NCBI RefSeq assembly: GCF_011386835.1
Contig: NC_088791.1
Location: 90,954,001 to 91,018,000 of the forward strand
Reading direction: 5' to 3'
Source of the DNA: Chrysemys picta bellii
Lineage: Eukaryota
DNA length: 64,000 bases
Positions 62,481 to 64,000 of the stretch are shown in pieces (positions within the stretch are counted from its first letter, which is position 1; every line of letters begins with the position of its first letter). Under the pieces are notes generated by a model that saw only the letters and a list, made by a program, of their open reading frames with translations, ran no database searches and was not told the origin of the DNA. The translations under genes were made by a program, and so were the position numbers.

Positions 62481-62813
62481 CACATCTTTTGTCGATTTCA
62501 CTCTTGATTAGTTGGTGGCTCCCTGTGCAAATAAACTTACATTATGAGATACACAGTGACCAGACAGATAAGCAGGAATGCTAGAAATCTGTTTGGCTCA
62601 GAGAAATGCAAAATTTGTGTTTTTACAGAGAATCTTTAGTTTTTACATTTTGTGAAAAAAAAATATATATATTTACTATTAACTAAATTTTACTGTAAGT
62701 ACCTCTGTCACTTATTCAATATGCGCAGCTTCCCCCTCTTGTGGTTGATTTTTGATTGTGCTTTAAATTTACATAGCTAAACATACTCCAGTAAACTGCT
62801 TCTGGTGATAAAG

Positions 62814-62882
62814 TATCGGGGGTAGCCGTGTTAGTCTGTATCTACAAAAACAACAAGGAGTCTGGTGGCACCTTAAAGACTA
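62814..62882. mobile_element. 69-bp Penelope-like terminal insertion
   Basis: TATCGGGGGTAGCCGTGTTAGTCTGTATC...GGTGGCACCTTAAAGACTA is homologous to 32004-32074. It is flanked by TCTGGTGATAAAG (62801-13) and TCTAGTGATAAAG (62883-95). Confidence 0.8.
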
Positions 62883-63069
62883 TCTAGTGATAAAGGTTAC
62901 TCAATGGCATATAGGGGTTTGTGTTTTAATGCATCTCAAATTTCACTTCAGCCTCCACACATGAATAATTAAAGCTATGAAAAGATGCTGAAAACTAAAA
63001 AGCACACCTAAAAACCATGTCATTGAGTTTGGCAAGGACAAATTTCACATTGATGGTAATGTGCTGTTC

Positions 63070-63376
63070 CAGGGAATCGGCAACCTTTGGCATGCGGCTC
63101 GCCAGGGTAAGCATCCTGGCGGGCCGGGCCAGTTTGTTTATCTGCCACGTCCGCAGGTTCGGCCGCTCGCGGCTCCCACTGGCCACGGTTCGCTCCAGGC
63201 CAATGGGGGCTGTGGGAAGCGGCGCGGGCTGAGGGATGTGCTGGCTGCCGCTTCCCACCGCCCCCATTGGCCTGGAGTGGTGAACCATGGCCAGTGGGAG
63301 CCGCGATCGGCCGAACCTGCAGACATGGCAGGTAAACAAACTGGCCCAGCCCACGCCAAAGGTTTGCCGATCCCTG
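63070..63376. mobile_element. hAT MITE with a long internal inverted repeat
   Basis: TIR CAGGGAATCGGCAA / TTGCCGATCCCTG, degenerate 8-bp TSD TGCTGTTC/TGCTCTAC, and imperfect internal arms at ~63127-63222 and ~63246-63346. Confidence 0.85.
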
Positions 63377-64000
63377 TGCTCTACTATATGCAGCAAGGCT
63401 GTAGATTACATTTGGAGGCAGACAATTGTAGAACACATGAAAAGTGTTAAAACATAAACTGAATGAAAGGAAATGAAAACAAGAGGCTGAAACAGCAGGG
63501 CCCTCTGCAACAGTAAAGAAACAATGCATCGTGACTGGATCATTCCAGCATTTTACAAATGTAAGTTTATCCATAAAACATTGTGTTCAACTGATACCTG
63601 TATATATTGTGGCTAGGGAAACTAAAGTTCAGTGTTTCTTTTTAATTGTGGAAAAATGTGGATTTTTATGGAGGGGTTTATTGGAGAATTCTGTTTTTTA
63701 TCATGGAAAACTAGGATCCCTGTAGGTAAGCGTCTCCAACCCCTGCCTGAACAGAATCTTTTCGAGGCATGTCACCTTGTGGTGACTGCATTCAACTTCA
63801 AGACTTTAAGAACATAATTTCCAGTATAGATACATAACTTAAATATTATCTACACACATTTCATAATGATTAGGATGACCAGTGGGTTGTTGGCACTCGA
63901 TAGAGATCTTACATTCCACCCTTTGAACTATTGTGCATATATTGACCCATAGGATCCCTGTAAAGCTCTGTGCCCTTTGCCACTTTTTACAGAGGTTGGA

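Noticed and set aside
51720-64000. Next TCF20 coding exon (expected to begin KCSHC...)
   Set aside because: I saw no matching sequence with splice sites by eye. It probably lies beyond the window, though a short exon could have been missed.

Overview
Vertebrate genomic DNA, most likely turtle. That assignment is an inference from the repeat landscape of CR1 with SGNH-esterase ORF1, DIRS, Penelope-like elements and Harbinger/hAT MITEs. The window holds the 5' part of TCF20 on the + strand: a CpG-island promoter with a putative non-coding first exon (~16.5-16.7 kb), a ~29 kb intron, and the giant coding exon (46015-51657, ATG at 46051, with a 140-N gap inside the C-terminal PHD-type region). 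I did not find the later TCF20 exons in the window. Everything else is transposon-rich non-coding DNA. The most striking non-genic item is a young Penelope-like insertion at 32.0-32.3 kb. It forms a perfect 138-bp palindrome and carries a minimal hammerhead-ribozyme motif on each strand, and older decayed copies of the same motif occur elsewhere in the window. Other items worth a second look are a strong-Kozak uORF in exon 1, a fold-back template-switch scar in a CR1, a solo LTR with a polarised 46-bp array and a duplicated terminus, and an unexplained duplicated block with an invariant 30-bp hairpin. All calls were made by eye, without database searches.
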